Below are positions 24,210-38,100 of a stretch of DNA of 64,000 nucleotides, piece by piece. The notes under the pieces were generated by a model. The model saw only the letters and a list, made by a program, of their open reading frames with translations, was not told the origin of the DNA and searched no databases. Position 1 is the stretch's first letter, and each line of letters opens with the position of its first letter. The position numbers were made by a program, and so were the translations under genes. Source of the DNA: Octopus sinensis (taxonomy: Eukaryota); assembly GCF_006345805.1 (NCBI RefSeq), contig NC_043008.1:43648001-43712000 (forward strand). Direction: 5' to 3'.

Positions 24210-24620
24210 ATAGGCGCAGGAGTGGCTGTGTGGTAAGTAGCTTGTTTACCAACCAAATGGTTCCGGGTTCAGTCCCACTGCGTGGTACCTTGGGCACGTG
24301 TCTTCTACTATAGCCTCGGGCCGACCAAAGCCTTGTGAGTGGATTTGGTAGACGGAAACTGAAAGAAGCCCGTCGTGTATATGTATATATATATGCGTGT
24401 GTGTGTTTGTGTGTCTGTGTTTGTCCCCCTAGCATTGCATGACAACCGATGCTTGGTGTGTTTATGTCCCCGTTACTTAGCGGTTCGGCAAAAAGAGACC
24501 GAAAGAATAAGTACTGGGCTTACAAAAGAATAAGTCCCGGGGTCCAGTTGCTCGATTAAAGGCGGTGCTCCAGCATGGCCGCAATCAAATGACTGAAACA
24601 AGTAAAAGAGTAAAAGAGTA
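24210..24620 (+). mobile_element. Family-B CORE-like SINE, full length
   Basis: tRNA-like head (agtggctgtgtggt A box, ggttcagtccc B box); accttgggcacgtgtctt resembling the CORE domain; internal (TA)/(TG) repeat; (agtaaaag)n tail. Probably an octopus OR-type SINE. Confidence 0.9.
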
Positions 24621-25573
24621 ATTTACATATACATAGTTCATAACGCACAGCTGATACCCTCATATAGTTCATACACACACATGCAATTCAACAATCATCC
24701 TTGTAATACCATTGTCTCTCAACTCTCTCTCTTCAATAAAATCTCTTACAAACACAGCGCTTTTCAATTTCAGGAACTTTATAGTCTCATACGTTCACAA
24801 AACGTCAGAATAACTCTATAAACAACGTGTATATTAAACTTATATTAAACTTAGCTCCGTAAACACACAATTTTCTCTCTGCAGAGTCATCATTTTTCTC
24901 TCTCCCTCAATCTGTCACTTTCGAATTATTTATTATAAAAACAGTCTGTATTACACTCTCTTTCTAATATCATTAGCTGTCTATTAAGCAACAGAAAGTC
25001 GGAACAATAAGAATAAACCACTGATATTACATATTGGTCAATATGTTTATATATAACTATTAATAATTTTGTTTGACTGGTCAGTGTAGTGTTATGAAAG
25101 TAAAGAGATGGTAAGGATGAGGTTGGGGGAGTTTACGGTAGAGCTATGCTTCTGTGGAAATTTTCTCTCGTTGATATTCTATTGCTAGTATTGGCATCAA
25201 ATATATTATTAAATAATAATAGAGTTAATTTAATTCATTAATTCAAGGAAATTTATAACGTCGACGAAATTCAAAACCTTCGTGAATTTATGATATAATT
25301 GTAACTGTAGTCACGTGTCGCGATAAAGCAAAAGGCAGTGGTAACATTAAATTTAAAATGTAAATATAGAACAGCTAAATGCTTTATGTTTATGGATGCA
25401 ATCTTATTGAATATAAAATCCTGCCATGTCTGCTAGCTGAAATAGAACTCTGGAACTGTTATTACCATAACCAATTACCATTATCGAACTTACGAACTTC
25501 ACGCTATCTCGAATTTAAATGCCACCTTTAATACAGTAATCAGCAATGACGGTTAATTGTTCCATAGTTTTGT

Positions 25574-25613
<40 letters not shown>

Positions 25614-25943
25614 TGGAGAGAGAGGGAGAGAGAGAGAAAGAAAAGTAACCGCAGTAGATCCACTCGATAAATCTTCGTTTTGCCAATCAAAAGATCAACG
25701 GTACGGTTCATGCTACCCCATTTTCACACCTAAAATATGATGGCAAAAATAATTAACTTTTTGCAGCTTTGTCAATTTAGGTGCTTGCGTCTGTCTTTCC
25801 TTGTTCTCTCAACTCATGATGGAGTCTTAAAATGCTGTCGTGAAATGCAGCGTTTCGTAGTCATTTTAAGCCTAACGGAACCACTTCTCTATTTCTCACC
25901 AAAGCCGATTTCTTCCAGGAAAAAAAAACAAGAGATAGCTAGT

Positions 25944-25985
<42 letters not shown>

Positions 25986-26528
25986 GAGAGAGAGAGAAGT
26001 ATAAGGATCAGTATTAATATTGAACTGGTGTTTTATAGATCTCGAAATAATCAAAGACAAATTACACCTCTGAGATTTGAAAGTATTGACCCGCAAGGAA
26101 TACCAAGAAGTTAATATCTATGTTCTTCAAATACACTGCTTAATAATCAAGCTATAGTAGAAGTAAATTGTTGATAAATAGCATTCAACAATTCTGTTTC
26201 TTGATAAAGAGAAAAATGCTCCAAATATTAAACTGTGAAATTTTCTTGGTTTCACTTATAACGTACTAATTTTCGTTTATATATTTGTTTTGCAAGATTC
26301 TTGATGTGAAATCGTGTGTTGAAACAGATATTGTTGTATGGTCATTTTGCCAGTTTAGCCAATAATTTACTAATTTTCATTCCTGAAATATTGAAAACGA
26401 AATGGCCGAGTGGTTAAAATATCTACTTTACTGCTCAAAGTTCATGAAGTCAGACCCATAGCGAGCATTTTGTTAATGTTATCTATAGACACACTATGGC
26501 TCAGGAAAGCTATGGACCCTTTTTTATA

Positions 26529-26801
26529 TGGCACTCTTGCATACGAATATGAAGGTTCTAGTTGAGATCCGATCAACGGAACACACTGCTCATGAAATTG
26601 CCGTGCAAGTGGCTGAGCACTCTGCAGACACGCGTACCTTTAACGTAGTTCTCGGAGAGATACAGTGTGACACAGAATGTGACAAGGCTGGCCCTTTGAA
26701 ATACAGGTTCCACTCCATTTTGCCAACTGAGTGGACTGGAGTAACGTTAATTTCACGAGCAGGCTTTTCCGTTGGTCGGATCAAATGGAACCCTAGTGCC
26801 A
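26529..26801. mobile_element. Family-C SINE tail with inverted duplication of its 3' end
   Basis: Minus copy at 26,529-26,747, followed by the same tail in plus orientation at 26,743-26,801 ending gtgcca. Confidence 0.7.
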
Positions 26802-27094
26802 CGATATATATGTATATGTATATGTATATATATTGTATAAAGGATCGTGGGTAAGGCCAGAACAATGCGAAATGAATGCAAGGTAAATCACAAGAAAACA
26901 AATAGGTGAAGTAATGTAGACTTACCTTGTATTCAATATTTCGGGGTTATGACCCCATTTTCTTCTAACTTCCTTTGCATTTACTTCGCATTGTCTTGGC
27001 CTTAACCGCGATCCTTTACACAATATATTCTACACAATGCTTCCTAGTAATTATTCCATTATAATATATATATATATATATAGATACATATATA

Positions 27095-27255
27095 CGACGG
27101 ATTTCTTTCAGCTCCCAGGTACTAAAACCATTTACAGGCTTTTATCGCGGCTGGGCTGGAGCAGATGACACTGGCCCATGGTACCGCGCAGAAGGACTGA
27201 ACACGGAACCATGTGGACGAGAAACAAGCTTCTTACTAAACAGCTACTCCTGCTA
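27095..27255 (-). mobile_element. Degenerate family-B SINE head
   Basis: Similar to the reverse complement of 24,210-24,375. Confidence 0.65.
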
Positions 27256-27701
27256 CTTTGCAATTATTTGTTCCCCCTTTGATGCCTGTACGTGTTTGTA
27301 TTGAGATTTTTGTTACGTATTATTTTCATGTAGATTGAAAAGACAGATTTGATAAAACTTCAATGTCACTCCCAATATTTAGAAAAAAATTAAACCAAAA
27401 CAAAACAGTTATGTAACTTCGCGTTGTTTTTAGAATTCACTTCTCGTCTTTATTTTGTTTTTAATTATAAACATATAACATCTGTCTATATGTATGTATG
27501 TGTGCACTTGCGCGTGTGTATTCATGCGTGCGTGTTAATATTTATACATAAAACAAAAATTTCATTAACTAAATAATTATACACACAGACACAAATATTC
27601 GCACACACATATGTCAGTGTGTGTGGATGTGTGTCTCTGTATGTATACATATATAAAATATATAATATGTCTGTATTTATGTAGACATCTATTTCTGTGT
27701 C

Positions 27702-27744
<43 letters not shown>

Positions 27745-27840
27745 TATATATATATACATACATACATGCATACACACACACATATATATATATATATGAA
27801 TTATATATGTATATATGTAGTATGTATGTATATATATATA

Positions 27841-27880
<40 letters not shown>

Positions 27881-27960
27881 AAAATTATATATATATGCAT
27901 ACATACATACATATATATATACTATATAAATATAAATATATATATATATATACTTATATA

Positions 27961-28000
<40 letters not shown>

Positions 28001-28492
28001 TCACACACGTTGAATTAAGTTTGAAGACAACAAAACCAAAAAAGATCTACAGAACACCTTAACAAAAAAACAAACAAACAAACAACAACATCAACATTAT
28101 GAAGTCGTTGTCGACACTACAGCCACAACCATCACAACCAGCACAACCATTACAACCAGTACAACTACTACCACCACAACCGCCGCCGCCGCTGCCATCA
28201 AGAAAAATGTGCTCTAAATATTAAGAAAATATGAAGCTATATAAAAACACTTCCGAAGACCTGACAGCGGATATCTACAGATTGTTAGCATTTATTAATA
28301 TTTATGTAAATATTATATCACTGTACAGCAGACAAACAAAATATTTTCATTGGACGATTTAAGACAAAGAAGTCTTCCCCGCCAGCCCCCGCCCTGCATC
28401 ACCCCCACCCCTCGCCATAAAAGAAAGAAAGAAAGAGAGAAACAACAAAAATGCACTATGAATTACAAAATGATTGCTTACAAAAGCCAAAC

Positions 28493-28494
28493 TG

Positions 28495-28527
<33 letters not shown>

Positions 28528-28587
28528 ACTACTACTGCTACTACTACTACTACAAACCTGACCACTACCACTGGTATCCCCACCACC

Positions 28588-28630
<43 letters not shown>

Positions 28631-28771
28631 GCATTACCACCTCTGCTACCACTACTACTATTAGAACCCACATACCACTACGACGACGGCGATGAAAACC
28701 GCCGCTGCCGCAACCACCACCACCACCACTACCACCACCACTACCACCACCACCACCACCACCACAACCAT

Positions 28772-28805
<34 letters not shown>
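28493..28805. repeat. (CTA)n/(CCA)n trinucleotide arrays
   Basis: Directly visible. Confidence 0.9.
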
Positions 28806-28808
<3 letters not shown>

Positions 28809-29071
28809 GTTGTGCAGCGTATATTTAAATCTTTTTGCCTCTTCCGCCCAGCAGTTCATTAACTCCTGTGTTTTATAAACATTTTATTGGTTAAATGTTC
28901 TGGAAGTTGATGCCTTCTCATCCAAATGGTTCCCTGTTCAGAGTCGGAAGAACGTAGCTATAGGTGCTGTTCGAAAGCGCCGAACTACGCTCTCTCTCAC
29001 TTTTTGAGTTCACATCCCTTATGGGACATGGCAGCCTTAACTTCCAACTTACCCTTATTAAAGAAATGTCT

Positions 29072-29449
29072 TGGCACTCCGTGGGTTACGATGCCTGGAG
29101 TTCCAGTTGATCCGATCAACGGAACAGCCTGCTCGTGAAATCAACGTGCAAGTGGTGAGCACTCCACAGACACGTGTACCCCTTAACGTTGTTCTCGGGG
29201 AGATTCAGCGTGACATAGAGTGTGACAAGGCTGGCCCCTTTGAAATACAGGTACAGCAGAAACAGGAAGAAAGAGTGAGAGAAAGTTGTGGTGAAAGAGT
29301 ACAGCAGGGTCCGCCACCACTCCCTGCCGGGGTCTCATGGAACTTTGGGTGTTTTCGCTCAATAAACATTTACAACGCTCGGTCTGGGAATCGAAAGGGC
29401 GATTCTACGAGCGTGAGTCTGCTGCCCTAACCACTAGGCCATTGCGCCT
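29072..29449 (-). mobile_element. SINE with family-D head and family-C tail
   Basis: Minus head ggcgcaatggcctagtggttagggcagc... joined to the tail also seen at 4,361 and 37,396. Confidence 0.85.
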
Positions 29450-29588
29450 TCGCATTAAATAGATGCCAATCAACGAATTTGCGCAGTTATTATTGTCTAC
29501 ACAAGAAGAACTTCCTTGAAAGTAGTTTTCGGCGATTAATTTTTTTCAGGTATATATTTCCTTATATACGCAAGTATATAGAGAGTTT

Positions 29589-29861
29589 CGTGGCTCGGCT
29601 CGTGATCACGAATTTGTGAGTTCGTTCCCAGTGGCGTGTTGTGTCCGTGATCAAGGCATTTTATTTTATGTTCCTGGGCTGGCCAAAATGAGTAGTCCTG
29701 TATTTGAAGAAGCCAGTCTTGTCACATTCTGTGTCACGCTGAATATCCCTAAGAACGACGTTAATGGGTACGCGTGTCTGTGGGGTGCAAAGCCACATAA
29801 ACGTCGAATTCTATTGATCAGATCAATTGGAACACTCGTCGTCGTAATCGACGGAGTGCCA
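29589..29861 (+). mobile_element. Family-C SINE, diverged
   Basis: Plus-strand counterpart of 4,361-4,686, ending acggagtgcca. Confidence 0.8.
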
Positions 29862-30150
29862 GTTTATATACGCACACAGAGTATATATATATATATAAAT
29901 AAAAAACAATAAAACAAAAACCAAAACAAAACTTCAGGATCAATTCGTCCGACTAAACCCTTCAATGGCCGCATCCAAGAGCAGCACAAAGATGTATATG
30001 TATGTATATATATATATATTATATATATATATATATATAATTATATATATATATATAAAATGTTATTAGAGACAAAACCACTATTTTGCAAAACAAACAA
30101 GGAAAGACTTAATCAATACATAAAATTTTAATAAATAGTCAAAAAAACCG

Positions 30151-30193
30151 CCACTACAATTGTTTCTTGTCTTGATCGACAATCTTCAGGTGG
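30151..30193 (-). ncRNA. Minimal type I hammerhead ribozyme (left arm)
   Basis: Minus strand reads ccac CTGAAGA ttgtc-gatcaa-gacaa GAA A CAATTG T A gtgg: all three stems perfect, palindromic ACAATTGT, GUA site. Confidence 0.85.
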
Positions 30194-31508
30194 ACTTCCA
30201 ATCTAAAATATCAATATTTTAAAATATAAAAATAATAATTTTAAAATAATTAAAGTATGAACGAAAAAATATAAATATATAATCCATATATAACCTATAT
30301 ATAATCCATATATAATCAATATATAAACAATATATAAACTAAAATAAACCTATCAACAATTAAATATAAAATATGAAATATAAAATATAAAATATAAAAC
30401 AAAACAAAAAAATAATAATAATATAATAATAAACTATATATACACCCATACACATATACCTAATTATATATAACCATATCTAACTACATACACTAAATCA
30501 CACCCCTATATATATATCCCTATACATACACATAAAAACGTCTAGGCAACTATAAATAAATAAAATAGCTAAATACTTCAACACAATACTTATTCATACT
30601 CCCACACACACACACATACAACCCACATTCACGCTCTAGAAAACGGACATCACTTAAAATTATGAACGGAGAAATGGAATAAATGGAATTAAAAATTATA
30701 TTCACTTGGTAAAACGAACACTACTTAAAAATTATGAATGAAACAATGCAATAAAACAACAGACATCGCAAATAGACACAAATTACTACGAATTCCTCAA
30801 CAAACCTACCATGATAAACCAAAACTCATAAAAACATATAATGATAAAATCTCCCTTTACTAAACTCTATAACATACCTATATAGCAATCCCCCTAACCT
30901 AAACATTCACACACAATACACACACGTAAACCACACACCCACGACATATACAAATACCCACACCACTTACACATACCTATACATACATATAAACCTCAAC
31001 ATATACTCCAAAAACCCACTCAACCCCACACAGACAAAAATAAACACAAAATTATGAATGGATTCTTTTATAAAACTACCATGATAGCTAAAACTCACAA
31101 AACATAAATGATAAAACCTCCCTTTACTAAACACTATAACATACTTATATAGCAATCCCTTTAACATATACATTCACATACAAATACACACACGTAAACC
31201 ACACACCCATAACAAATACAAACACCCACCCCACTCACACACACCCACAAGTACATATAAGCCTCAACATATACACCAAAAAAATTACTTTACCAAGGAA
31301 CTAACATATGTATAAAAAAGTATAAACCGCTCTGGAAACGAACATCTTTTAAAATAATGAATGGAGAAATGGAATAAATGGAATTAAAATAATATTCACG
31401 TGGCAAAACGAACACCACTCAAAAATTATGAATGAAACAATGTAATAAAACAACCAACATCGAAATAGACAAATTACCACGAATTCCCTAAAAAAACCAT
31501 GATATACC

Positions 31509-31719
31509 GAGGCGCAATGGCTTAGGTTAGGGCAGGACTCGCGGTCGCAGGATCGCGGTTTCGATTCTCAGACTTGTGTGTGTTTATTGAGCGAAAACAC
31601 CTAAAAAAGCTCTACGACGCTCCGGCAGGGGGTGGTGATCCTGCTACTCATTCACCACAATGGCGGTGCCCCAGCATACAGCTCAAGAGCTGAAACTGGA
31701 AAAACAAAAACAAAAAACA
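31509..31719 (+). mobile_element. Chimeric SINE (family-D head, family-B-like tail) inserted in the left arm with a 5-bp TSD
   Basis: ATACC at 31,504-31,508 and 31,720-31,724. The insert is absent from the equivalent position of the right arm. Confidence 0.8.
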
Positions 31720-33560
31720 ATACCAAAACTCTTAAAAAATATAACGATAAAATCTCCCTTTTCTAAACTCTATAACAAACCTATATAGCAATCCCCCTAA
31801 CCTAAACATTCACACACAAAAAAACACACGTAAACCACAGACCCACGATATACACATACCTATACTAACTTATAAACCTCAATATACACCAAAACCCACT
31901 CCCTCCCCACACAGACAAATTAACACATGCATCCCAAAACCTAAATAACAAACCCATATACACATTCACACACAAACACACACACACGCAAAACACACAC
32001 ACACAACAGATACATATACTCCCTCACATATACGCATATACATACTCACTAAACTCGATATATACAACAATATTTACACACCCACACTCATACAGATAAA
32101 TAAATTATACAACTAAAAACTCACACACAATCTCATATACATAAACACTCCAATAAAAAACAACATTAAATACATCGTAATTAACCAGAAGGGATTGCTA
32201 TATAGGTTTGTTATAGAGTTTAGAAAAGGGAGATTTTATCGTTATATGTTTTTAAGAGTTTTGGTTTATCATGGTTTTTTTTAGGGAATTCGTGGTAATT
32301 TGTCTATTTTCGATGTTGGTTGTTTTATTACATTGTTTCATTCATAATTTTTGAGTGGTGTTCGTTTTGCCACGTGAATATTATTTTTAATTCCATTTAT
32401 TCCATTTCTCCATTCATTATTTTAAAAGATGTTCGTTTCCAGAGCGGTTATACTTTTTATACATATGTTAAGTTCCTTGGTAAAGTAATTTTGTTTGGTG
32501 TATATGTTGAGGCTTGTGGGTGTGTGTGAGTGGGGTGGGTGTTTGTATTTGTTATGGTGTGTGGTTTTACGTGTGTGTATTTGTGTGTGAATGTATAGGT
32601 TAAAGGATTGCTATATAAGTATGTTATAGTGTTTAGTAAAGGGAGGTTTTATCATTTATGTTTTGTGAGTTTTAGCTTATCATGGTAGTTTTATAAAAGA
32701 ATCCATTCATAATTTTGTGTTTATTTGTCTGTGTGGGGTTGAGTGGGTTTTTGGAGTATATGTGAGGTTTATATGTATGTATAGGTATGTGTAAGTGGTG
32801 TGGGTTTTTGTATATGTCGTGGGTGTGTGGTTTACGTGTGTGTATTTGTGTGTGAATGTTTAGGTTAGGGGGATTGCTATATAGGTATGTTATAGAGTTT
32901 AGTAAAGGGAGATTTTATCATTATATGTTTTTATGAGTTTTGGTTTATCATGGTAGGTTTGTTGAGGAATTCGTAGTAATTTGTGTCTATTTGCGATGTC
33001 TGTTGTTATTGCATTGTTTCATTCATAATTTTTAAGTAGTGTTCGTTTTACCAAGTGAATATAATTTTTAATTCCATTTATTCCATTTCTCCGTTCATAA
33101 TTTTAAGTGATGTCCGTTTTCTAGAGCGTGAATGTGGGTTGTATGTGTGTGTGTGTGGGAGTATGAATAAGTATGTGTTGAAGTATTTAGCTATTTTATT
33201 TATTTATAGTTGCCTAGACGTTTTTATGTGTATGTATAGGGATATATATATAGGGTGTGATTTAGTGTATGTAGTTAGATATGGTTATATATAATTAGGT
33301 ATATGTGTATGGGTGTATATATAGTTTATTATTATATATTATTATTTTTTTGTTTTGTTTTATATTTTATATTTTATATTTTATATTTTATATTAATTGT
33401 TGATAGGTTATTTTAGTTTATATATTGTTTATATATTGATTATATATGGATTATATATAGGTTATATATGGATTATATATTTATATTTTTTCGTTCATAC
33501 TTTAATTATTTTAAAATTATTATTTTTATTTTTAAAATATTGATATTTTAGATTGGAAGT

Positions 33561-33603
33561 CCACCTGAAGATTGTCGATCAAGACAAGAAATAATTGTAG
33601 TGG
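33561..33603 (+). ncRNA. Minimal type I hammerhead ribozyme (right arm)
   Basis: ccac CTGAAGA ttgtc-gatcaa-gacaa GAA A TAATTG T A gtgg; differs from the left copy by C15.2 to U, giving a U-G wobble. Confidence 0.8.
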
Positions 33604-33768
33604 CGGTTTTTTTGACTATTTATTAAAATTTTATGTATTGATTAAGTCTTTCCTTGTTTGTTTTGCAAAATAGTGGTTTTGTCTCTAATAATATTTTATA
33701 ATTTTACTATAAAATTGGATTTAATCCTAAATCTGATTTTTTCCCTGTAAATTGGATTTATTCCCTAA

Positions 33769-33825
<57 letters not shown>

Positions 33826-33919
33826 TATATATTAATATATATATATATATATAATACAAAATACAAAATGGCTGACTGTTAGTAAGGAGAGATACACAAA
33901 TAAGAAAGAAGAAAGCAAA

Positions 33920-33964
33920 GGACCACTGATGAGGTCACAGAAGTGTGACGAAAGAACTCTGGCC
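33920..33964 (+). ncRNA. Type I hammerhead ribozyme (ggtcacag family)
   Basis: ggacca CTGATGA g gtcaca-gaag-tgtgac GAA A GAAC T C tggcc: stem I 5 bp with one bulge, 6-bp stem II, 2-bp stem III, CUC site. Confidence 0.7.
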
Positions 33965-35074
33965 GAAATAATATTAAAATTAATGTAAAAAATAAATAAC
34001 ACTGAAGCAAAGTAACACCGAATACATAGTGAGTGTGTTTTTATTGGCTAAACTGGCAAAATTACCATTCCTAAATACAACACACACACACACACACATA
34101 TATATACAACCACACAGCCACGCCTGCCCCTTTAAGAAACTAAAGGTTAATGTTTCTGCTGTTGGTTTTTGCGTTCGATTCTGTTGTTCTTCGATTTGTA
34201 AACCTTATTACTGTGCAGCTTCCAAATCCGTCCTGATTCAAAATACTCATCATAAAAGCACTCCAGGTATGACCATCAATCCTTTATCTTCAATACATAA
34301 TGTATCTAATACTACACCATCGAACGAGTCTTTCCTTTTTCTAGTTTCTTTTTCTTTAAAAGAAAAAGACGGTTGAGTGTCATTTGAGAGAGATTTGGCT
34401 GCTATTTTTAGAAGGTCTAGCTTACTATTTCTGCATTAGTAGACACTACATTTTGCAGTCGCTCTATTCTGCGCTATTTTAAGTTATTCCCTATTTTTTT
34501 CTGTCACTATTCCTGATGGAAATGATATTCGTTATAACAATGATATAATTGTCACGACTTTATTTAGTCATACACCAAATTTTAGTATTCTTAGCATAAG
34601 TCTAAAGAAAAGACAACAAAACCAAACCAATATAGTTTATTTATATTTTATTTAGCTCTACCGAAATCATTTTCAATAGTCTAAGAATACGAATCTTAAG
34701 TGACACTATTTAGTAATGTTTGATCAAGTAGAATATCAAAGATCCACAGAAAATTATGTCTCTCGCAGCCGAACGTAAAGAAATGGGTTTCAATCATAAA
34801 ACATGCCGAAATCTCAATCTCCCTTGATGAAATTTCAAAACATCTTCAATAAAAATGAGTTGGAAGAAAGACACGACCGTTTTATGGAGTTCTCTCTGGG
34901 TCTGGATTCGAATTTCCTTTTATTGTGTTTAACTAATGGATGGTTCCTATCAACAGGAATGAATAAATCTCTGAAGAATTCTTTACACATACACACACAC
35001 ACACATGTGTGTGCGTATGTATATATATATATATTAATATATATATATGCATATATATGTATATACATATACAT

Positions 35075-35106
<32 letters not shown>

Positions 35107-35519
35107 ATGGATATATATGTATATATATATATATATAAATATATATATATATGCATACATACATATTTACATACTTATATATACGTACATATATAAGTGT
35201 ATATATATATATATGGATATATGCTGTATGTATTTATATGCATGTGTGCGTGGTTCATGTGCGTCTATGTGAGTACTTATGCATTTATATATGTTACATA
35301 CTACATACGTTCACATATATATTATATATTATATTATATATCCATCCATCCGTGCAAACATTTATAAATTATGAAGATGCATGCACACAGGCGCGTGCAC
35401 ATCCGCACAGACACATCTCCCCACACCACACCACACACCAATTTTTCCTGCTAGTTTTTGCTCATTTTACTAAAAGCTATAATACAGAGGTTTAGTAGTC
35501 AACGGTTTCCTTCTTTGCC

Positions 35520-36355
35520 ACATACATACATACATGCATATATACATACATGCATGCATACACACATACATACATACATACACACACACATACATATATA
35601 CAGACATACATACACACATACATACATACATACATACATACATACACACACATACATATATACATACATACACATATATACATACATACATACATACATA
35701 CATACATACATACATACATACACACACATACATATATACATACATACAAACATACTTATATACATACATATACATACATTCAAGTATACATACATGTACA
35801 CATATGTACACATATACATACACGTATATACATACATATATACATACATACACATATATACATATAATCCTTCATACATACATACATGCATACAAACATA
35901 TATACATACACATATATACATACATATATCTACATACATACAAATATAGATACATATACACATAGGTACATATATATACACACGTATATACATATATACA
36001 TACATGCACACTTACATACACACTCACGCATACATACATACATACATACAAACATACATATACACACACACATATATAAATATATTCATATATACATACA
36101 TATACATACATACAAATATAGATACATACATACTTATATACATACACGTATATACATATATACATACACATATATACATACTTACATACATACACACTCA
36201 CACATTCATCCATCCATCCATACATACATACATACATACATACATACATACATACATACATACATACAGACTTGCATACATACTTACATACATATCCATA
36301 CTGCATATATGAATACATACGTACACACACACACATATATACATACACATATATA
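35520..36355. repeat. Long degenerate (CATA)/(CA)/(TA) microsatellite
   Basis: Directly visible; source of the HTYI and MYVC ORFs. Confidence 0.95.
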
Positions 36356-36765
36356 TCAGATTTCGTTTGATTTTATGTTAGACAAGTTGCTCGCAAGAAG
36401 TATTCCTATTTTATGGTCAGTCATGAAATTGGTAAAGAACAGAATTAAGAATACTCTTGATAATCTTGGAGAATTATCAGATCGATCTCGTTCAATCTGT
36501 AATTTGAGAAAAGAAATCCTTCAAGTAGGACATGCCAAAACAAATTTGTTTGTATCGCACACATCGTAAAAATTAAGATTGCAGGAACCAGTGAAGGAGC
36601 TTGCTAGAGGTCGCTCAAAATGCAAGAAAGAGCAGCCAAAACCGCTACCACTGCCACCACCACTACTTTCACAACAACTGGTACTCCCACCATCACCACT
36701 ACTGCTGCTGCTGCTACTACTACAACTACTACTACCACGACTACCACGACCAGCACCAACAGCCG

Positions 36766-36850
36766 TTCAAGAATTTGGACCTGGAGATCTCCATTTCCAG
36801 CGACTTCGAGGGCCACCTCGCAGTGGTGTCGGGCGTCAACGAAGAGCCCT
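36766..36850 (+). pseudogene. Second L1/Tx1-like endonuclease fragment (short, diverged)
   Basis: FKNLDLEISISSDFEGHLAVV aligns with [22 protein letters not shown] at 9,697. Confidence 0.45.
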
Positions 36851-37395
36851 CGACTACAAGACGACCAAAGTTTTTTCCAAGGCTGGGGTCTCCTGCCCCT
36901 AAGCCCTAGACCATCACCTAATCACCCTTACCCGTCTTGTTGCTTAACAACAACCACCACCACCACCACCAACAACAACAACAGCAACAACAAGAATACT
37001 TCGGATTTCTGAATGACACGCCTAACGAAAAATTACGTTGAATTTCTTTGTAGTGCGGCCCGCATGATGATAAGCCATATGTTATGCGGCCCGATTCTCG
37101 ATAACGTTTACTCGTGCCTGTAAGTACAAGTGGTACTAAATAATGTTGCAATGGATGTAACGGACGATTTCCGATGACAAGACAAGATGGCCAGAGATGG
37201 AACGCTTTTGCCCATAATTTTTCTTTCTAAGAGCAATCATCAACGACAAAATAACCAAACCAAGAAAAGTGAAATAGCAACCATAATCACAAAATAGGAT
37301 TGCCTGGTTCAAGTTGACCTGGGGTTAAATAATATAAAGAATAGGAGCGGTGGCGAGATCGACAGCAATAATAATAATAATAATAATAATAATGC

Positions 37396-37660
37396 TGGCG
37401 CTCCATCGCTTACGACGACGAAGGCTCCAGTTGATTCGATCAACAAAACTGCCAGCTCGTGAAATTAACGTGCAACTGGTTGAGTACTCGACAGACACAT
37501 ATACCTTAAATGTAGTTTTCAAGGAGATTCAGCGTGACATAAGTCCCATTGTTTTGCCCATTGAGTGGACAGGAGCAATATGAAGTAAAGTGTCTTGCTC
37601 AAGGACACAACTAGCATTACGATCACGAGCTGATTATCCCAACCACTAAGCCACGCGCCT
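37396..37660 (-). mobile_element. Family-C SINE with internal deletion
   Basis: Reverse complement of the family-C head, core and tail. Confidence 0.85.
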
Positions 37661-37784
37661 TCACAATAACAATAATAAACAATTGCATATGATTTATCTT
37701 TCAATTGATTTGAACGGAACTGCAGTTGGGAGACAACGTGTTTCTGTTTACCTTGCATAACATTAAGCACAGGCATACAAATCT

Positions 37785-38100
<316 letters not shown>

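Larger units (their letters stand above)
30056..33698. mobile_element. ~3.6 kb inverted duplication of a non-coding, HHR-bearing PLE-like element
   Basis: 30,056-31,795 (minus a SINE insert) is the near-identical reverse complement of 32,191-33,698, with a ~395-bp spacer. Confidence 0.9.

Noticed and set aside
30056-33698. Interpretation of the large inversion as a sequencing fold-back artefact
   Set aside because: The arms differ by substitutions and by a TSD-flanked SINE, and are separated by a spacer. Not fully excluded without raw reads.
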